A stretch of 64,000 bases of DNA from Nitrospirota bacterium (GTDB taxonomy: Bacteria > Nitrospirota > UBA9217): assembly GCA_963663225.1 (NCBI GenBank), contig OY760142.1:1024001-1088000 (forward strand), read 5' to 3'. Position 1 is the first letter of the stretch. Each line of letters opens with the position of its first letter. The position numbers and the translations under genes are program-made. The notes beneath the pieces are model-generated. The model worked only from the letters and a program-made list of their open reading frames with translations. It made no database searches and was not told the origin of the DNA. Positions 1 through 10,859 of this stretch are shown in pieces.

Positions 1-2
1 TC

Positions 3-479
3 GCCATAAGTGAGCAGGATGACGTGGCTGTAAAACAGCGTTGCTTCGAGCTGGGAGCTGTAGAATGCCTTTGTCGCCCCATTGCACCAGAACTGCTTTA
101 TCGTGCTGTTCAGGTGGCGGCAGAAAAAACGCCCCGGACGAGCATGAGGATCAGGACGACCCAGCCGGTAAAAGTTACCAATATGCCGCTCGAGGATTTT
201 GAAGGAGCGTATGCTCTGGAACTGTCTGAACGAGGCCTGTTCCTGCGTACAACACGGAATGCCGTCCGGAACCTACGGCTCTCGCTCCAGGTTGACCTGA
301 ACGGCCACCGCGTCCTCACAGAGGCAGCAGTGGTGTATAACTGTCCGGCCCGGACCGGCCCTTACAGCGAACCGGGAGTAGGGCTTCAGTTTGTCGAAAT
401 CAGCGAAACAGACCAGGAGCATATCAGATCGTTTATCATGAACGAAGTATTGCGGGGCATTCCGCCCCAAGACCCCTGA
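3..479 (+). CDS. Response regulator receiver-PilZ domain protein (5'-truncated by window edge)
   Basis: Frame is open from position 3. C-terminal half of a REC domain (GAVECLCRP), then PilZ motifs RxxxR (RTSMR) and ELSERG, ending in GVGLQF. Confidence 0.7.
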   Translation, partial: AISEQDDVAVKQRCFELGAVECLCRPIAPELLYRAVQVAAEKTPRTSMRIRTTQPVKVTNMPLEDFEGAYALELSERGLFLRTTRNAVRNLRLSLQVDLNGHRVLTEAAVVYNCPARTGPYSEPGVGLQFVEISETDQEHIRSFIMNEVLRGIPPQDP

Positions 480-690
480 GCTCCGGTTCTACTTCATAGT
501 TCCTGCCTCCTCGCAAACATCCAGACCCCTTCCCTGCAGCAACTGTAATACCGCTATTTTGATGTTTCTTTTCCCGGACTTTGGTGATAATATAACAGGT
601 TATAAAAATCATACCTTAGTTCGCTCTATAATTTTTTCTCCGGGGATGGTATTTCCTATGCGTCTGGGCTTTTTCAAGGAACCCGGCATT

Positions 691-1959
691 ATGCTTGCCG
701 AAAAATTCATCACGTATGTTACCCGAAAAAAGAACGCTGAATGTCTGCAATTTACGCCGACGACTTCACTTGCGGTTCCACAACGGTCTAAAAATATTCC
801 GGCTGGCCTGTATCTTCATGTGCCTTTTTGCGAGGAACTTTGTCCGTATTGCTCCTTCAACCGCGTAGAGTTTCAGGAAGACTTAACGCGGCGCTATTTT
901 GATGCCTTGCGCAAGGAGATCATTCTCTATAAAAAATTAGGGCACGATTTTCAAGCACTGTATATCGGCGGAGGGACCCCCACGGTTTTAATAGACGAGC
1001 TTGAGTCCACGATCAGATTGGTGAAGGAACAGTTCCATATCACTGAGATTTCCGTCGAGACAAATCCCAATCACCTCACCAGGACGAACCTCCTTATCCT
1101 TAAAAACGCCGGCGTGAACAGGCTTTCCGTCGGGGTACAAACGTTTGATGACGATTTGCTGCAGTCCTTGAAACGCTATCATAAGTATGGAAGCGGTGCG
1201 GAAGTTGCTGAACGCCTGAAACAGACCCAGGGCATTTTTCATACCTTGAATGTGGACATGATATTTAATTTCCCCACGCAGACCAGGCAGATGCTGGAGC
1301 AGGACCTGGTCACTATAAACAATCTCGGTGTCGACCAAATAACCTATTATCCGTTAATGTCGTCTCTGCAAACGCAGGAAACAATGTCCCGCGAGCTGGG
1401 AGGGACTATCGATTCTACCCGCGCACGCGAATTTTATACCGTGATCTCGGAAGGACTTGCGTCCCACTATGGTGCAAGCACTGCCTGGTGTTTTTCACGT
1501 CATGATGCTCTCATCGATGAATACGCCGTGCACTTTGATGAATATGCCGGTCTTGGCAGCGGGTCCATCGGCCACCTGGGAAGAACCGCGTATGCAAATA
1601 CGTTCGACATCGAAACATATATCGCGAAAGTGAACGACGGGATTTTACCCATAGCGGCGAAGCGGGATTTTTCCCTGCGAGAGAGGATTTCCTACGATTT
1701 TCTCATGAAGCTCTTCGGATTGAGCGTGGATATAAATCTGCTGAACGCAAAACACGGGGTAAACATCTACCGGTATCTCTGGCCTGAAATCATGTTCTTC
1801 AGGCTGATAAACGGACTGCAGAAGAAAGGCAGCAAGCTCTCGCTTACCAAAAACGGACGGTATTACTGGTTTTTGATGATGCGCGAATTTTTTATCGGAG
1901 TAAACAATTTCAGGGATTACTGCCGTGCGCAGGCACATGGCGGCAGAGAGGCAGTGTAG
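691..1959 (+). CDS. HemN-like class C radical SAM enzyme, most likely menaquinone methyltransferase (MenK/MqnK family)
   Basis: YLHVPFCEELCPYC (CxxxCxxC), GGGTPT, RLSVGVQTF, QITYYPLM, DEYAGLGSGS and C-terminal MMREFF. Start taken at ATG 691 after AAGGA. Confidence 0.75.
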   Translation: MLAEKFITYVTRKKNAECLQFTPTTSLAVPQRSKNIPAGLYLHVPFCEELCPYCSFNRVEFQEDLTRRYFDALRKEIILYKKLGHDFQALYIGGGTPTVLIDELESTIRLVKEQFHITEISVETNPNHLTRTNLLILKNAGVNRLSVGVQTFDDDLLQSLKRYHKYGSGAEVAERLKQTQGIFHTLNVDMIFNFPTQTRQMLEQDLVTINNLGVDQITYYPLMSSLQTQETMSRELGGTIDSTRAREFYTVISEGLASHYGASTAWCFSRHDALIDEYAVHFDEYAGLGSGSIGHLGRTAYANTFDIETYIAKVNDGILPIAAKRDFSLRERISYDFLMKLFGLSVDINLLNAKHGVNIYRYLWPEIMFFRLINGLQKKGSKLSLTKNGRYYWFLMMREFFIGVNNFRDYCRAQAHGGREAV

Positions 1960-2004
1960 CACTTCGTCTCTGCTTTCGGTTGGTTTTTGCGCTCCGAGAA
2001 CCTT

Positions 2005-2490
2005 CTATTTTGCAAATTTCTTTTTGAGGCGCTCCGCAACAAGCTCCGGAACAAGCGTGGAAATATCGCCGCCGAAACTCGCAACTTCCTTCACAATGGT
2101 CGAGGTAATAAAGGAATACGCCTCGTTCGGCATCATAAAAACAGCTTCAACCGTATTGCAAAGCCTGCGGTTTGTAAGCGCCATCTGCATCTCAAATTCA
2201 AAATCAGAAATCGCCCGAAGTCCACGGATAATTGCCGATGCCTTCTTGCGCCTTACATAATCAATAAGGAGGCCGTCGAAGCCTTCAATAGTAATATTCC
2301 GGTAGCCCGCCGTTATCTCCTTGAACATGCCGACGCGTTCCTCAAGAGAAAAAAGCGGATTTTTTTTTGGATTCGCCGCAACTGCAATAATCAGCTCACC
2401 AAAAATCCTGAGGCTCCGTTCCACAAGGTCAAGGTGCCCATTGGTAACAGGATCGAATGTACCGGCATAAACAGCGATAGGTCTTATCAT
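2005..2490 (-). CDS. coaD: Pantetheine-phosphate adenylyltransferase
   Basis: AVYAGTFDPVTNGHLD (HxGH-type motif), IIRGLRAISDFEFE, ITSTIVKEVA. Lies downstream of rsmD as is usual. Confidence 0.95.
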   Translation of the reverse strand: MIRPIAVYAGTFDPVTNGHLDLVERSLRIFGELIIAVAANPKKNPLFSLEERVGMFKEITAGYRNITIEGFDGLLIDYVRRKKASAIIRGLRAISDFEFEMQMALTNRRLCNTVEAVFMMPNEAYSFITSTIVKEVASFGGDISTLVPELVAERLKKKFAK

Positions 2491-2540
2491 GGATTCTCCC
2501 TTTGCTTGATCAAGCATGTTGTGTGTTTTCATCGTAATTT

Positions 2541-3077
2541 TTACTTCATCTCGTAAAAAGCCAGCACCGTATCCCCGTATCGCGACTCGCGACTCAGGGT
2601 CAGCCCGGCAACTTTTTCCGGAGATGCTTGTTTCTTGAAATGTTCCGCAACAACAACGGCACCGGGACTCAGTGCTCCTGCCCCAAATAATTCGAGCACG
2701 GAGGCAATATCTTCCGCATACGGCGGGTCGAGAAACACTATGTCATAGGATTCGGTCGTTTTTTTAAGAAATGACTCCGCTTTCGACAGCACGACCTGTG
2801 CCCGGTCCTCAAACTCCAGCTGCTGCAGGTTCCGCTTGATGACATGCAAAGACTCACGGGAGACGTCCACAAAGGTCACCTTGCCTGCACCTCGGCTGAG
2901 CGCCTCAATGCCGATCCCGCCGGCACCTGCATACAGATCTAAAAAAATCGCACCGGGGACCTTGTCTCCCAGGATGTTAAAAAGTGCCTGCTTTACCTTG
3001 TCGGACGTGGGCCGGACCCGCAATCCTGAAGGCACTTGTAACCGGCGTCCTTTCCCTGCCCCCCCTGCCACTCTCAT
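2541..3077 (-). CDS. rsmD: 16S rRNA (guanine966-N2)-methyltransferase
   Basis: MRVAGG..KGRRL, RPTSDKVKQALFNIL, LDLYAGAGGIGIEALSRGA, FLDPPY, RYGDT. Confidence 0.93.
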   Translation of the reverse strand: MRVAGGAGKGRRLQVPSGLRVRPTSDKVKQALFNILGDKVPGAIFLDLYAGAGGIGIEALSRGAGKVTFVDVSRESLHVIKRNLQQLEFEDRAQVVLSKAESFLKKTTESYDIVFLDPPYAEDIASVLELFGAGALSPGAVVVAEHFKKQASPEKVAGLTLSRESRYGDTVLAFYEMK

Positions 3078-3272
3078 AAAAATTTTCCCGAAACGGTTGC
3101 GGTGCCGCTTCTCTTCACCAACAACGCATTTTTTCGAGAAGCGCCGCACTTATGCGAAACATTCTGGTGCAATACCGGTCTGACTCCTGAATTTTCCTGC
3201 ATGCAAATGGTCTCGAAAACAGTGAACTTTTAGACGATGCTACAGAAAAAAAACTGCTGAGTCAAGCGATTC

Positions 3273-3301
3273 TTGACAGCCCCTGCTATTAAGGATATAC
3301 T
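3273..3301 (+). promoter_or_regulatory. Sigma-70-type promoter for nfeD-stomatin
   Basis: TTGACA (3273-3278), 17 bp spacer, TATACT (3296-3301); AAGGAG RBS before ATG 3322. Confidence 0.65.
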
Positions 3302-3321
3302 TGTTTTGTCAAGGAGAAATA

Positions 3322-4662
3322 ATGAAAAAACCTTTCAAAGCCTTGCTGTTTGTCGCTTTTATCGCCATGCTTTTTGCCGGTGCCGTCGGAATCTCATACT
3401 CCATTGAAAAAGCTGAAACAAAAAAAGATGCATCCGCTGCACCGGCCCAGCAGAAAACAATATACCTGATCAAGATAGACGCACCGATCACGCCGGTGGT
3501 GGCGGAATACATCGGGTCCTCCATTGACACCGCCGCCAAGGCAAAAGCCGAGGCTCTCATCATTCAGCTGAACACTCCGGGAGGGCTTGTCGACTCCACC
3601 CTCCAGATCATCATCAAAATGATGGCGTCCGAAGTTCCCATCGTGGTGTATGTCGCACCTTCCGGTGCGCGGGCAGCATCGGCAGGTGTTTTTATCACGC
3701 TCTCGGCAAACATAGCAGCCATGGCTCCGACCACGCACATCGGCGCAGCACACCCGGTACAGGTGGAAGGGAAAATGGACAAAACCATGGAGAAAAAGGC
3801 GGTAAACGACCTTGCGGCCATGGTGCGGGGCATTGCTGAAAAACGTGGACGAAACGCAAAATGGGCGGAAGAAGCCGTGCGGGAAAGCGTGTCCATAACA
3901 GAAACGGAAGCTATCAAGGATAAGGTGGTGGACCTGATTGCGCCCGACATCCCTTCACTTGTTAAAGCTATCAATGGAAAGACCGTTGACGTGGCCCTTG
4001 GCAAAAAGACGCTGGCGACTGAAGGCGCGGAAGTAAAAGAAATTACGATGGGTTTCCGATACCGCCTTCTGGAAATTATCAGCAATCCTAATATCGCCTA
4101 TATTCTCATGATCCTCGGTTTCTACGGCCTTTATTTCGAGCTATCCAACCCCGGTTCTGTTTTCCCCGGAGTGGCGGGTGCCATCTGCCTGATTCTTGCC
4201 TTCTATGCCCTGCACACGCTTCCCATTAATTACGCCGGCCTTATGCTCATTATTCTCGGCATCGGATTGTTCATTGCGGAGGCCTTCATAACAAGCCATG
4301 GCGTTCTGGGAGTCGGAGGTGTCATTTCCATGCTCTTTGGATCAATTATGCTCATCGATTCCGCATCACCCGCTCTTCAGATATCCTGGGCGGTCATCAT
4401 TCCCGCCGTGATCGTGTCTGCCGTGCTGTTCATCATCACGGTTACCGTTGCCGTGCGCGTGTACCGGGAAAAACCGGACACCGGCAAAGAAGGGCTTATT
4501 GATATGCAGGCAACGGCAAAAACCGACATCCATGCGGACGGACAGGTGTTCCTGCGGGGGGAATACTGGAGCGCATGGAGCGACGAGCCGATCCGGCAGG
4601 GAGAAAAAGTCACCGTCGTGGCCCTCGAAGGACTGAAGTTAAAAGTAAAAAAGAGCGCATAG
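3322..4662 (+). CDS. nfeD: NfeD family membrane-bound serine protease (ClpP class)
   Basis: LNTPGGL, GARAASAG and IGAAHPV in the protease domain, then a TM bundle and C-terminal OB fold (GQVFLRGEYWSA). Paired with a stomatin gene. Confidence 0.92.
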   Translation: MKKPFKALLFVAFIAMLFAGAVGISYSIEKAETKKDASAAPAQQKTIYLIKIDAPITPVVAEYIGSSIDTAAKAKAEALIIQLNTPGGLVDSTLQIIIKMMASEVPIVVYVAPSGARAASAGVFITLSANIAAMAPTTHIGAAHPVQVEGKMDKTMEKKAVNDLAAMVRGIAEKRGRNAKWAEEAVRESVSITETEAIKDKVVDLIAPDIPSLVKAINGKTVDVALGKKTLATEGAEVKEITMGFRYRLLEIISNPNIAYILMILGFYGLYFELSNPGSVFPGVAGAICLILAFYALHTLPINYAGLMLIILGIGLFIAEAFITSHGVLGVGGVISMLFGSIMLIDSASPALQISWAVIIPAVIVSAVLFIITVTVAVRVYREKPDTGKEGLIDMQATAKTDIHADGQVFLRGEYWSAWSDEPIRQGEKVTVVALEGLKLKVKKSA

Positions 4663-4707
4663 CAGCAATCGTTCAATCAATCGGAAAAACGCTAAAGGAG
4701 GCTTCGT

Positions 4708-5481
4708 ATGTTTCAGTTTGTAGGGATGGGTTTTTTATTTCTGATAATACTCTTCGTCATGGTTCTGTACAACATTGTAAAAATCCTGAAGCAATACGAA
4801 CGGGGAGTCATTTTTACGCTCGGCAAAGTGAGCGTAGAACACGGCGTAAAGGGTCCGGGGCTTATTCTTCTGTGGCCGGGAATACAAAAAATGGTGCGTG
4901 TCAGCCTGCGGACCGTGACCATGGATGTGCCGGCCCAGGACGTGATCACGAAAGACAATGTCACCGTAAAAGTGAATGCCGTGGTTTACTTCAGAGTCAT
5001 CGATCCGCGCAAGGCAATCGTCGAAGTGGAGGATTTTTATTACGCGACCTCGCTCATCTCGCAAACGTCGCTCAGAAGCGTGCTGGGCCAGAACGCCCTG
5101 GACGACCTCCTCTCAAACCGCGAGGCAATAAACGCAGAGCTCCAGAAGGTGATTGATCTGCAGACAGAGCCGTGGGGCGTGAAGGTAACAACCGTGGAAG
5201 TGAAAAACGTGGATCTGCCGGCGGAAATGCAGCGCGCCATCGCCATTCAGGCTCAGGCAGAACGCGAACGCCGCGCGAAGGTCATCCACGCCGAAGGCGA
5301 ACTCCAGGCCTCTTCCAAACTCTCCGATGCTGCCAACGTAATCAGCCAGAACCCCACGACCCTGCAACTTCGGTATCTGCAGACCCTTACTGAAATTGCT
5401 TCAGAGAAAAATTCAACCATTATTTTCCCGCTGCCTATTGATCTTATTACCGCATTTCAAAAGCTGCTCGAAAAGAAATAA
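4708..5481 (+). CDS. SPFH/band 7 stomatin (slipin) family protein
   Basis: [58 protein letters not shown]. Confidence 0.93.
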   Translation: MFQFVGMGFLFLIILFVMVLYNIVKILKQYERGVIFTLGKVSVEHGVKGPGLILLWPGIQKMVRVSLRTVTMDVPAQDVITKDNVTVKVNAVVYFRVIDPRKAIVEVEDFYYATSLISQTSLRSVLGQNALDDLLSNREAINAELQKVIDLQTEPWGVKVTTVEVKNVDLPAEMQRAIAIQAQAERERRAKVIHAEGELQASSKLSDAANVISQNPTTLQLRYLQTLTEIASEKNSTIIFPLPIDLITAFQKLLEKK

Positions 5482-5515
5482 AGTCAGGAGCGCAGGCGCT
5501 TCTTCCCGCGAACGC

Positions 5516-5552
5516 AAATAAAAAAAGGGGACCGGATCATCCGGTCCCCTTT
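5516..5552. terminator. Intrinsic terminator between convergent stomatin and ferredoxin genes
   Basis: Perfect 14-bp inverted repeat AAAGGGGACCGGAT/ATCCGGTCCCCTTT. The upstream A-run gives a U-tract on the minus strand. Confidence 0.8.
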
Positions 5553-5573
5553 GCAATGAGTTTTCCTCCAGGC

Positions 5574-5759
5574 TTATTCTTCAGTGATTGTAATGGCCTT
5601 CTGCGGGCAGCCCTCAACGCAGGCTTCGCAGTTGATGCAGTCAGCCATATTCACTGGAACAGCCTTGTTATTTTTGACTTCGAACACGTTCTGCGGGCAC
5701 ACATCCGCGCAGACGCCGTCGCCGTCGCACTTCCCATTGTCTACTGTTACCTTGTACAT
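5574..5759 (-). CDS. Small dicluster ferredoxin (61 aa) with one CxxDxxC motif
   Basis: CDGDGVCADVCP and CINCEACVEGCP; AGGAGG RBS upstream of ATG 5759. Confidence 0.9.
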   Translation of the reverse strand: MYKVTVDNGKCDGDGVCADVCPQNVFEVKNNKAVPVNMADCINCEACVEGCPQKAITITEE

Positions 5760-6185
5760 TGTTTCTGGTTCCTCCTTTAAATATAGTAAGATGCCAAAAA
5801 GCATCGTATTTTACCTGTCCGGGCCGATAAAATCAAGTAAGAAATGGGTGTTTTTTTAAGAACCACTGTGCATACACTAATGATTATCCCCCACCAAAAA
5901 ATCCAGTTCAGCAATAAATACGCGCCGAACAGTGTCCAGCGCATCTCCTGACGAAAGGAAAATAATTTTTTATTGTTTTCTTTCTTCAAGTATGGTACTT
6001 TTGCAAAATGAACACTGCGGTTCAATCTCGACAGAAAGGTGCGATCAAGAAGACTCCTCCCAACAGGCGCGAACTCATCCAGACCAAGGAAGACTCCCTT
6101 TTCTCTCGCTCCAGTTACTCCCACGATTTCGAAGCACTGAACAGAGAACCTTCCAGAACGCTTCCGATCCTACATTAAAAGGCCG

Positions 6186-7844
6186 ATGCTTAACCAATTT
6201 CTTTCGAAGATAGATTTCAGTTCTTATGATGATTTTATTCAAAATTTCCGCATCATGGTGCCGGAGCATTTCAATTTTGCCTTTGATGTCGTGGATGATA
6301 TAGCAGCACGCCAGCCGCAGAAAATCGCCTTGGTCTGGTGCGATGAAAATGGGAACAGAGCTGAGTTTACGTTTGCCCAATTAAATCACTACGCCAATAA
6401 AGCCACAAACTTTTTCCTGTCGCACGGCATCCGTAAGGGCGACCCCGTGATGCTTATTCTCAAGAGGCGCTATGAGTTCTGGTTCTGCCTTCTTGCCCTT
6501 CACAAAATCGGCGCAATTTGCATCCCGGCCACGCACCTTCTTACCCACAAAGACATCATCTACCGCAACAATGCAGCCGATGTCAAGATGATCGTAAGCG
6601 TATCGGATCCTCTCGTCATCGAACATGTCGAGAAATCTGAAGCTCAATCCCCCACCCTGAAGCTGAAAGCCCTGGTCAATGGAAACCGCGACGGATGGCT
6701 GAATTTTAATATGGAAATGGAACACGCGTCCGAACATGTCGAGCGCCCGACCGGCGGCGACGCAAACGCAAACGAAGACATCTCGCTTCTCTATTTTACT
6801 TCCGGAACGACCGGAATGCCGAAGATGGTGCAGCATGACTTTACCTACCCTCTCGGCCATATTCTTACGGCCAAATACTGGCAGAACGTCAGGAAAGACG
6901 GGCTCCACTTTACCGTCGCCGATACGGGATGGGCAAAGGCAGTCTGGGGCAAAATATACGGCCAATGGCTTGCAGGCTCCACTGTATTTATTTATGACTA
7001 CGATAAGTTCGACCCCAGGAAGCTTCTTGATGTTATCGTGAAGTACAAAATAACCACATTCTGTGCGCCGCCCACGGTCTATCGTTTTTTTATCAAGGAA
7101 GACCTTTCAAAATATGATTTCAGCAGCCTGCAGTACTGTGTTGTCGCCGGCGAACCGTTGAACCCCGAAGTCTATTCCCAATTTCTGAACGCAACCGGAA
7201 TCCGACTGATGGAAGGTTACGGACAAACGGAAATGACCGCCGCGATCGCCACCTTTCCATGGATGCAGCCAAAGCCGGGATCAATGGGAAAACCGTCTCC
7301 TTGGTATGACATCGACCTTCTGGACGAAGATGGAAACTCCTGCGGCATCGGCAAGGAAGGGCAGATTGTGGTCCGCACCAACGCACGCAAACCGGTCGGC
7401 ATGTTTGGCGGATACTACCGCGACCTAGAGCGCACAAAAGGCGCCTGGCATGACGGAATCTACTATACAGGCGACATGGCATGGAAAGACGAAGACGGCT
7501 ACTATTGGTTTGTCGGCCGGGCGGACGACCTCATAAAAAGCTCCGGATATGCAATCGGGCCGTTCGAAGTCGAAAGCGCGCTGCATGAACACCCCGCAGT
7601 GCTCGAATGCGCCATCACCGGCGCTCCCGATCCGGTCCGGGGGCAGGTCGTCAAGGCAAGCATCGTGCTGGCCAAAGGATACGCTCCCAGCGACGCTCTT
7701 GTGCATGAGCTGCAGGAGCATGTAAAAAAAGTAACCGCGCCCTATAAATATCCGCGCATCATAGAATTTGTCCCCGCACTTCCCAAAACGATCAGCGGCA
7801 AGATACGCAGGGTCGAGATCAGACAGAAAAGCGCCGCTCAGTGA
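6186..7844 (+). CDS. AMP-forming acyl-CoA synthetase (acetate/medium-chain CoA ligase family)
   Basis: [46 protein letters not shown]. Confidence 0.9.
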   Translation: MLNQFLSKIDFSSYDDFIQNFRIMVPEHFNFAFDVVDDIAARQPQKIALVWCDENGNRAEFTFAQLNHYANKATNFFLSHGIRKGDPVMLILKRRYEFWFCLLALHKIGAICIPATHLLTHKDIIYRNNAADVKMIVSVSDPLVIEHVEKSEAQSPTLKLKALVNGNRDGWLNFNMEMEHASEHVERPTGGDANANEDISLLYFTSGTTGMPKMVQHDFTYPLGHILTAKYWQNVRKDGLHFTVADTGWAKAVWGKIYGQWLAGSTVFIYDYDKFDPRKLLDVIVKYKITTFCAPPTVYRFFIKEDLSKYDFSSLQYCVVAGEPLNPEVYSQFLNATGIRLMEGYGQTEMTAAIATFPWMQPKPGSMGKPSPWYDIDLLDEDGNSCGIGKEGQIVVRTNARKPVGMFGGYYRDLERTKGAWHDGIYYTGDMAWKDEDGYYWFVGRADDLIKSSGYAIGPFEVESALHEHPAVLECAITGAPDPVRGQVVKASIVLAKGYAPSDALVHELQEHVKKVTAPYKYPRIIEFVPALPKTISGKIRRVEIRQKSAAQ

Positions 7845-8066
7845 CAACACAATAGCTCTCGTGCAACGAAATTGCACACCTTATCCCGGCAAAAAATCGC
7901 TCTAACTCCTGCAACTTGCAACAATGCTAGGCCCAAAGAACCGCTGCCTTCCAGGATATCCCTACGGTCCCCTTGAAAGATGTCTTGTCGTCGCATACGA
8001 TTGCCCTTTTTGCAACTTTATGTTACCATCAGAAAATCTTTGCCACAGAAGGAAAAGGAACTCTGT

Positions 8067-10655
8067 ATGTCCACGACCACCTTAACAAGCCTCCGGGTCA
8101 GGCTTTTAGTATTAATTATCGCAGCGGTTATCCCTGCACTGGTATTTATATTTTATACAGCTTCCGAACAAAGAAATCGCAGAGAAGCCGAAATACGTGA
8201 GCAAACAATGCGCGTTGCCAAGCTCGCAACAAACAATATTGAGCAACTTGTCGAAGGGTCACATCAACTCCTCATCGGATTATCTAAATTACCGGCAATT
8301 CGTAATTATGATTCATCAGGCTGCAATAATTATTTTTCTGCCGTCAAAGAACAGTTGCCCATGTATGCCAATATCGCCGCAGTGAAACCGAACGGCGATG
8401 TGTTTTGCAGCGCAATCCCTATCGAAAAGAAAATAAATCTCGCAGATCGTATCTTTTTCCAGTCCGCGATGCAAGACAACGGGTATTCTATCGGAGAATA
8501 TGTCATCGCTCGTGTTTATGAAAAACCCTCGTTCGCATTAGGGCAACCGGTCCTGGACAGGAATCAACGCGTAATTGCAGTCATTTATGTTTCTCTGGAT
8601 TTGAATTGGTTTAAAGATCAACTGAGTAAGATACAGGTGTCCGATAATGCGATCCTGACCGTGCTCGACCGCAAGCAGACAATTCTGTATCGCTATCCCA
8701 ATACGGACAAAGCGATGGGACAAACGTTGTCAGGTACGGAGCTTACAAAGAAAATTGCCGATTTGGATGAGGGCATAGTTGTTGCCAAGAGTGCGATGGA
8801 CGGCATTACACGGATATGGGCTTTTAATCAGGTGCCGGGCACCAATAGAAGTATGTCTGTCAGGTATGGAATATCCCGCGAAGCGGCTTTTGCCGACATT
8901 AACCGGATGCTTATTAAAAACCTGTTAATCCTCCTGATCATTACCGGTATTGTTCTTATCATTGCTTGGTTTGGCGGAGAGTATTTCATTATGCGACGCA
9001 TGAAACTCCTCACCCGGGCAACAGAAGAGCTTTCTAAAGGCAATCTCAGTGCAAGGGTTGACATACGCGGCAGACAAGATGAAATCAACCAATTGGGTGA
9101 TAGTTTCAACAAAATGGCGGAATCACTAGAGCGTCATATTCAAGAACGCAAAAAAACCGAGGAACAATACCGCGCTCTTTTTGAAGAATCGAAAGATATG
9201 ATTTTTATGAGCACACCGCAAGGGAAATATCTGGACATTAACCCCGCGGGCGTGGAACTGCTGGGATATTCTTCCAAGGAAGAAGTGCTCGATTTAGACA
9301 TATCAAGAGACATTTTTGTAAATTCGGAAGATAGAAAAGCATACGAACAGATTCTGAAGCAAAAAGGGTTTGTGAAGGAGTATGAGCTTGAATTTAAAAG
9401 AAAAGACGGAAAACAATTGACCGTATTATCAACGACGACAACGTTATTAAATAATAATGGCGACATTGTAGCATATCGGGGAATTAATCGAGACATTACT
9501 GAGCATAAGAGACTTGAGCAGCAGTTTATCCAGGCCCAGAAGATGGAAGCAGTCGGGCAACTTTCAGGCGGGATTGCACATGATTTTAATAATATACTTA
9601 CTGCAATAATCGGCTACGGAAGCATTTTGAAAACCAAACTGCCACAATCCGGCTTTTTACATGAATATGTCAACAACATCCTCACCTCCTCGGAAAAAGC
9701 CGCAAATTTGGTGAAAAATCTGCTCGCCTTCAGCAGAAAGCAGATACTCAATCCGCTCCCTGTCGATATCAACACCATTGTAACGGGCATGCAGAATATA
9801 TTAGAACGAATTATCGGCGAGGATATAGAATTTACTGTCAAGGCTGCCGACCATGATTTAATCGTCAAAGCCGACAAAACCCAGATAGAGCAGGTGCTTA
9901 TGAATCTGGCAACAAACGCTCGTGATGCAATGCCTTCCGGCGGGAAATTGACAATATCTGCTGCCGAAGTGCTGATAGATGAACGATTCATAAAAGTCCA
10001 CCAATACGGCAGTCTCGGCACCTATGCAGTTATTTCAGTGACGGACACTGGCATCGGTATTGAAAAAGCTGCTTTGGAACATATTTTTGACCCTTTTTTC
10101 ACAACAAAAGAAGTCAATAAAGGCACCGGTCTGGGACTGGCGATGGTTTACGGGACTATTAAGCAGCACGACGGCTTCATCAATGTCTATAGCGAACCGG
10201 GCATCGGCACTACCTTCAAGCTGTATCTTCCGTTAACAGCGGTACCAAATCAACAAATCGACAACCTGCCTGCGGCCTCCGTTTCTTCCGGCAACGAAAC
10301 AATCTTATTGGTTGAAGATAATGACCCGGTCAGAAAAGTTACTCGAACTATCCTTGAAGAGGCCGGATACAAGATTTTGGAGGCTGCCAGTGGAAAGCAG
10401 GCTATAGAATGCTTCCGAGAAAACCTGGATAAGATAGACCTCGTTATTACTGATGTGATTATGCCGGAACTCAGCGGCCACGATGTGCATAGTGAGTTAC
10501 AAAAGATACAGCCTGATGTAAAAATAATTTATGTGAGCGGATATGCAGCCGACATCCTTGAACAAAAAGGGATGCACAACGATACAATAAACTTCATATC
10601 AAAACCATTGCAGCCCGACGTTCTTTTAACAAAAATACGAGAAATTCTGAGCTGA
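8067..10655 (+). CDS. Hybrid sensor histidine kinase (Cache-HAMP-PAS-HisKA-HATPase-REC)
   Basis: Two TM segments flank a Cache-like region, then HAMP (DEINQLGDSFNKM), PAS, H-box GIAHDFNNIL, FFTTK and GTGLGL, and a C-terminal REC (LLVED, TDVIMP, KP). Confidence 0.92.
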   Translation: MSTTTLTSLRVRLLVLIIAAVIPALVFIFYTASEQRNRREAEIREQTMRVAKLATNNIEQLVEGSHQLLIGLSKLPAIRNYDSSGCNNYFSAVKEQLPMYANIAAVKPNGDVFCSAIPIEKKINLADRIFFQSAMQDNGYSIGEYVIARVYEKPSFALGQPVLDRNQRVIAVIYVSLDLNWFKDQLSKIQVSDNAILTVLDRKQTILYRYPNTDKAMGQTLSGTELTKKIADLDEGIVVAKSAMDGITRIWAFNQVPGTNRSMSVRYGISREAAFADINRMLIKNLLILLIITGIVLIIAWFGGEYFIMRRMKLLTRATEELSKGNLSARVDIRGRQDEINQLGDSFNKMAESLERHIQERKKTEEQYRALFEESKDMIFMSTPQGKYLDINPAGVELLGYSSKEEVLDLDISRDIFVNSEDRKAYEQILKQKGFVKEYELEFKRKDGKQLTVLSTTTTLLNNNGDIVAYRGINRDITEHKRLEQQFIQAQKMEAVGQLSGGIAHDFNNILTAIIGYGSILKTKLPQSGFLHEYVNNILTSSEKAANLVKNLLAFSRKQILNPLPVDINTIVTGMQNILERIIGEDIEFTVKAADHDLIVKADKTQIEQVLMNLATNARDAMPSGGKLTISAAEVLIDERFIKVHQYGSLGTYAVISVTDTGIGIEKAALEHIFDPFFTTKEVNKGTGLGLAMVYGTIKQHDGFINVYSEPGIGTTFKLYLPLTAVPNQQIDNLPAASVSSGNETILLVEDNDPVRKVTRTILEEAGYKILEAASGKQAIECFRENLDKIDLVITDVIMPELSGHDVHSELQKIQPDVKIIYVSGYAADILEQKGMHNDTINFISKPLQPDVLLTKIREILS

Positions 10656-10859
10656 TATGACCATCACAAACTTGATTCAAGCTTGCTCACACAAGTCATT
10701 CCCGAACACACTATACGGCTTATGCGATATCCCAATCTGCCTACTCAAATTTTCGGAGCCCCCTGTTTTCCAGATATCTGCTAAAATGTAATCATTCCAC
10801 AAGGCAACGCTCTTCAGCACATACTGAGTTTTCAGCGCGGGTACGCAAACGAAACGCTC

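Noticed and set aside
559-1959. hemN annotation and the 559 start
   Set aside because: The C-terminal motifs fit the MenK-like subfamily better, and ATG 691 has an RBS while the 44-aa extension looks non-coding.
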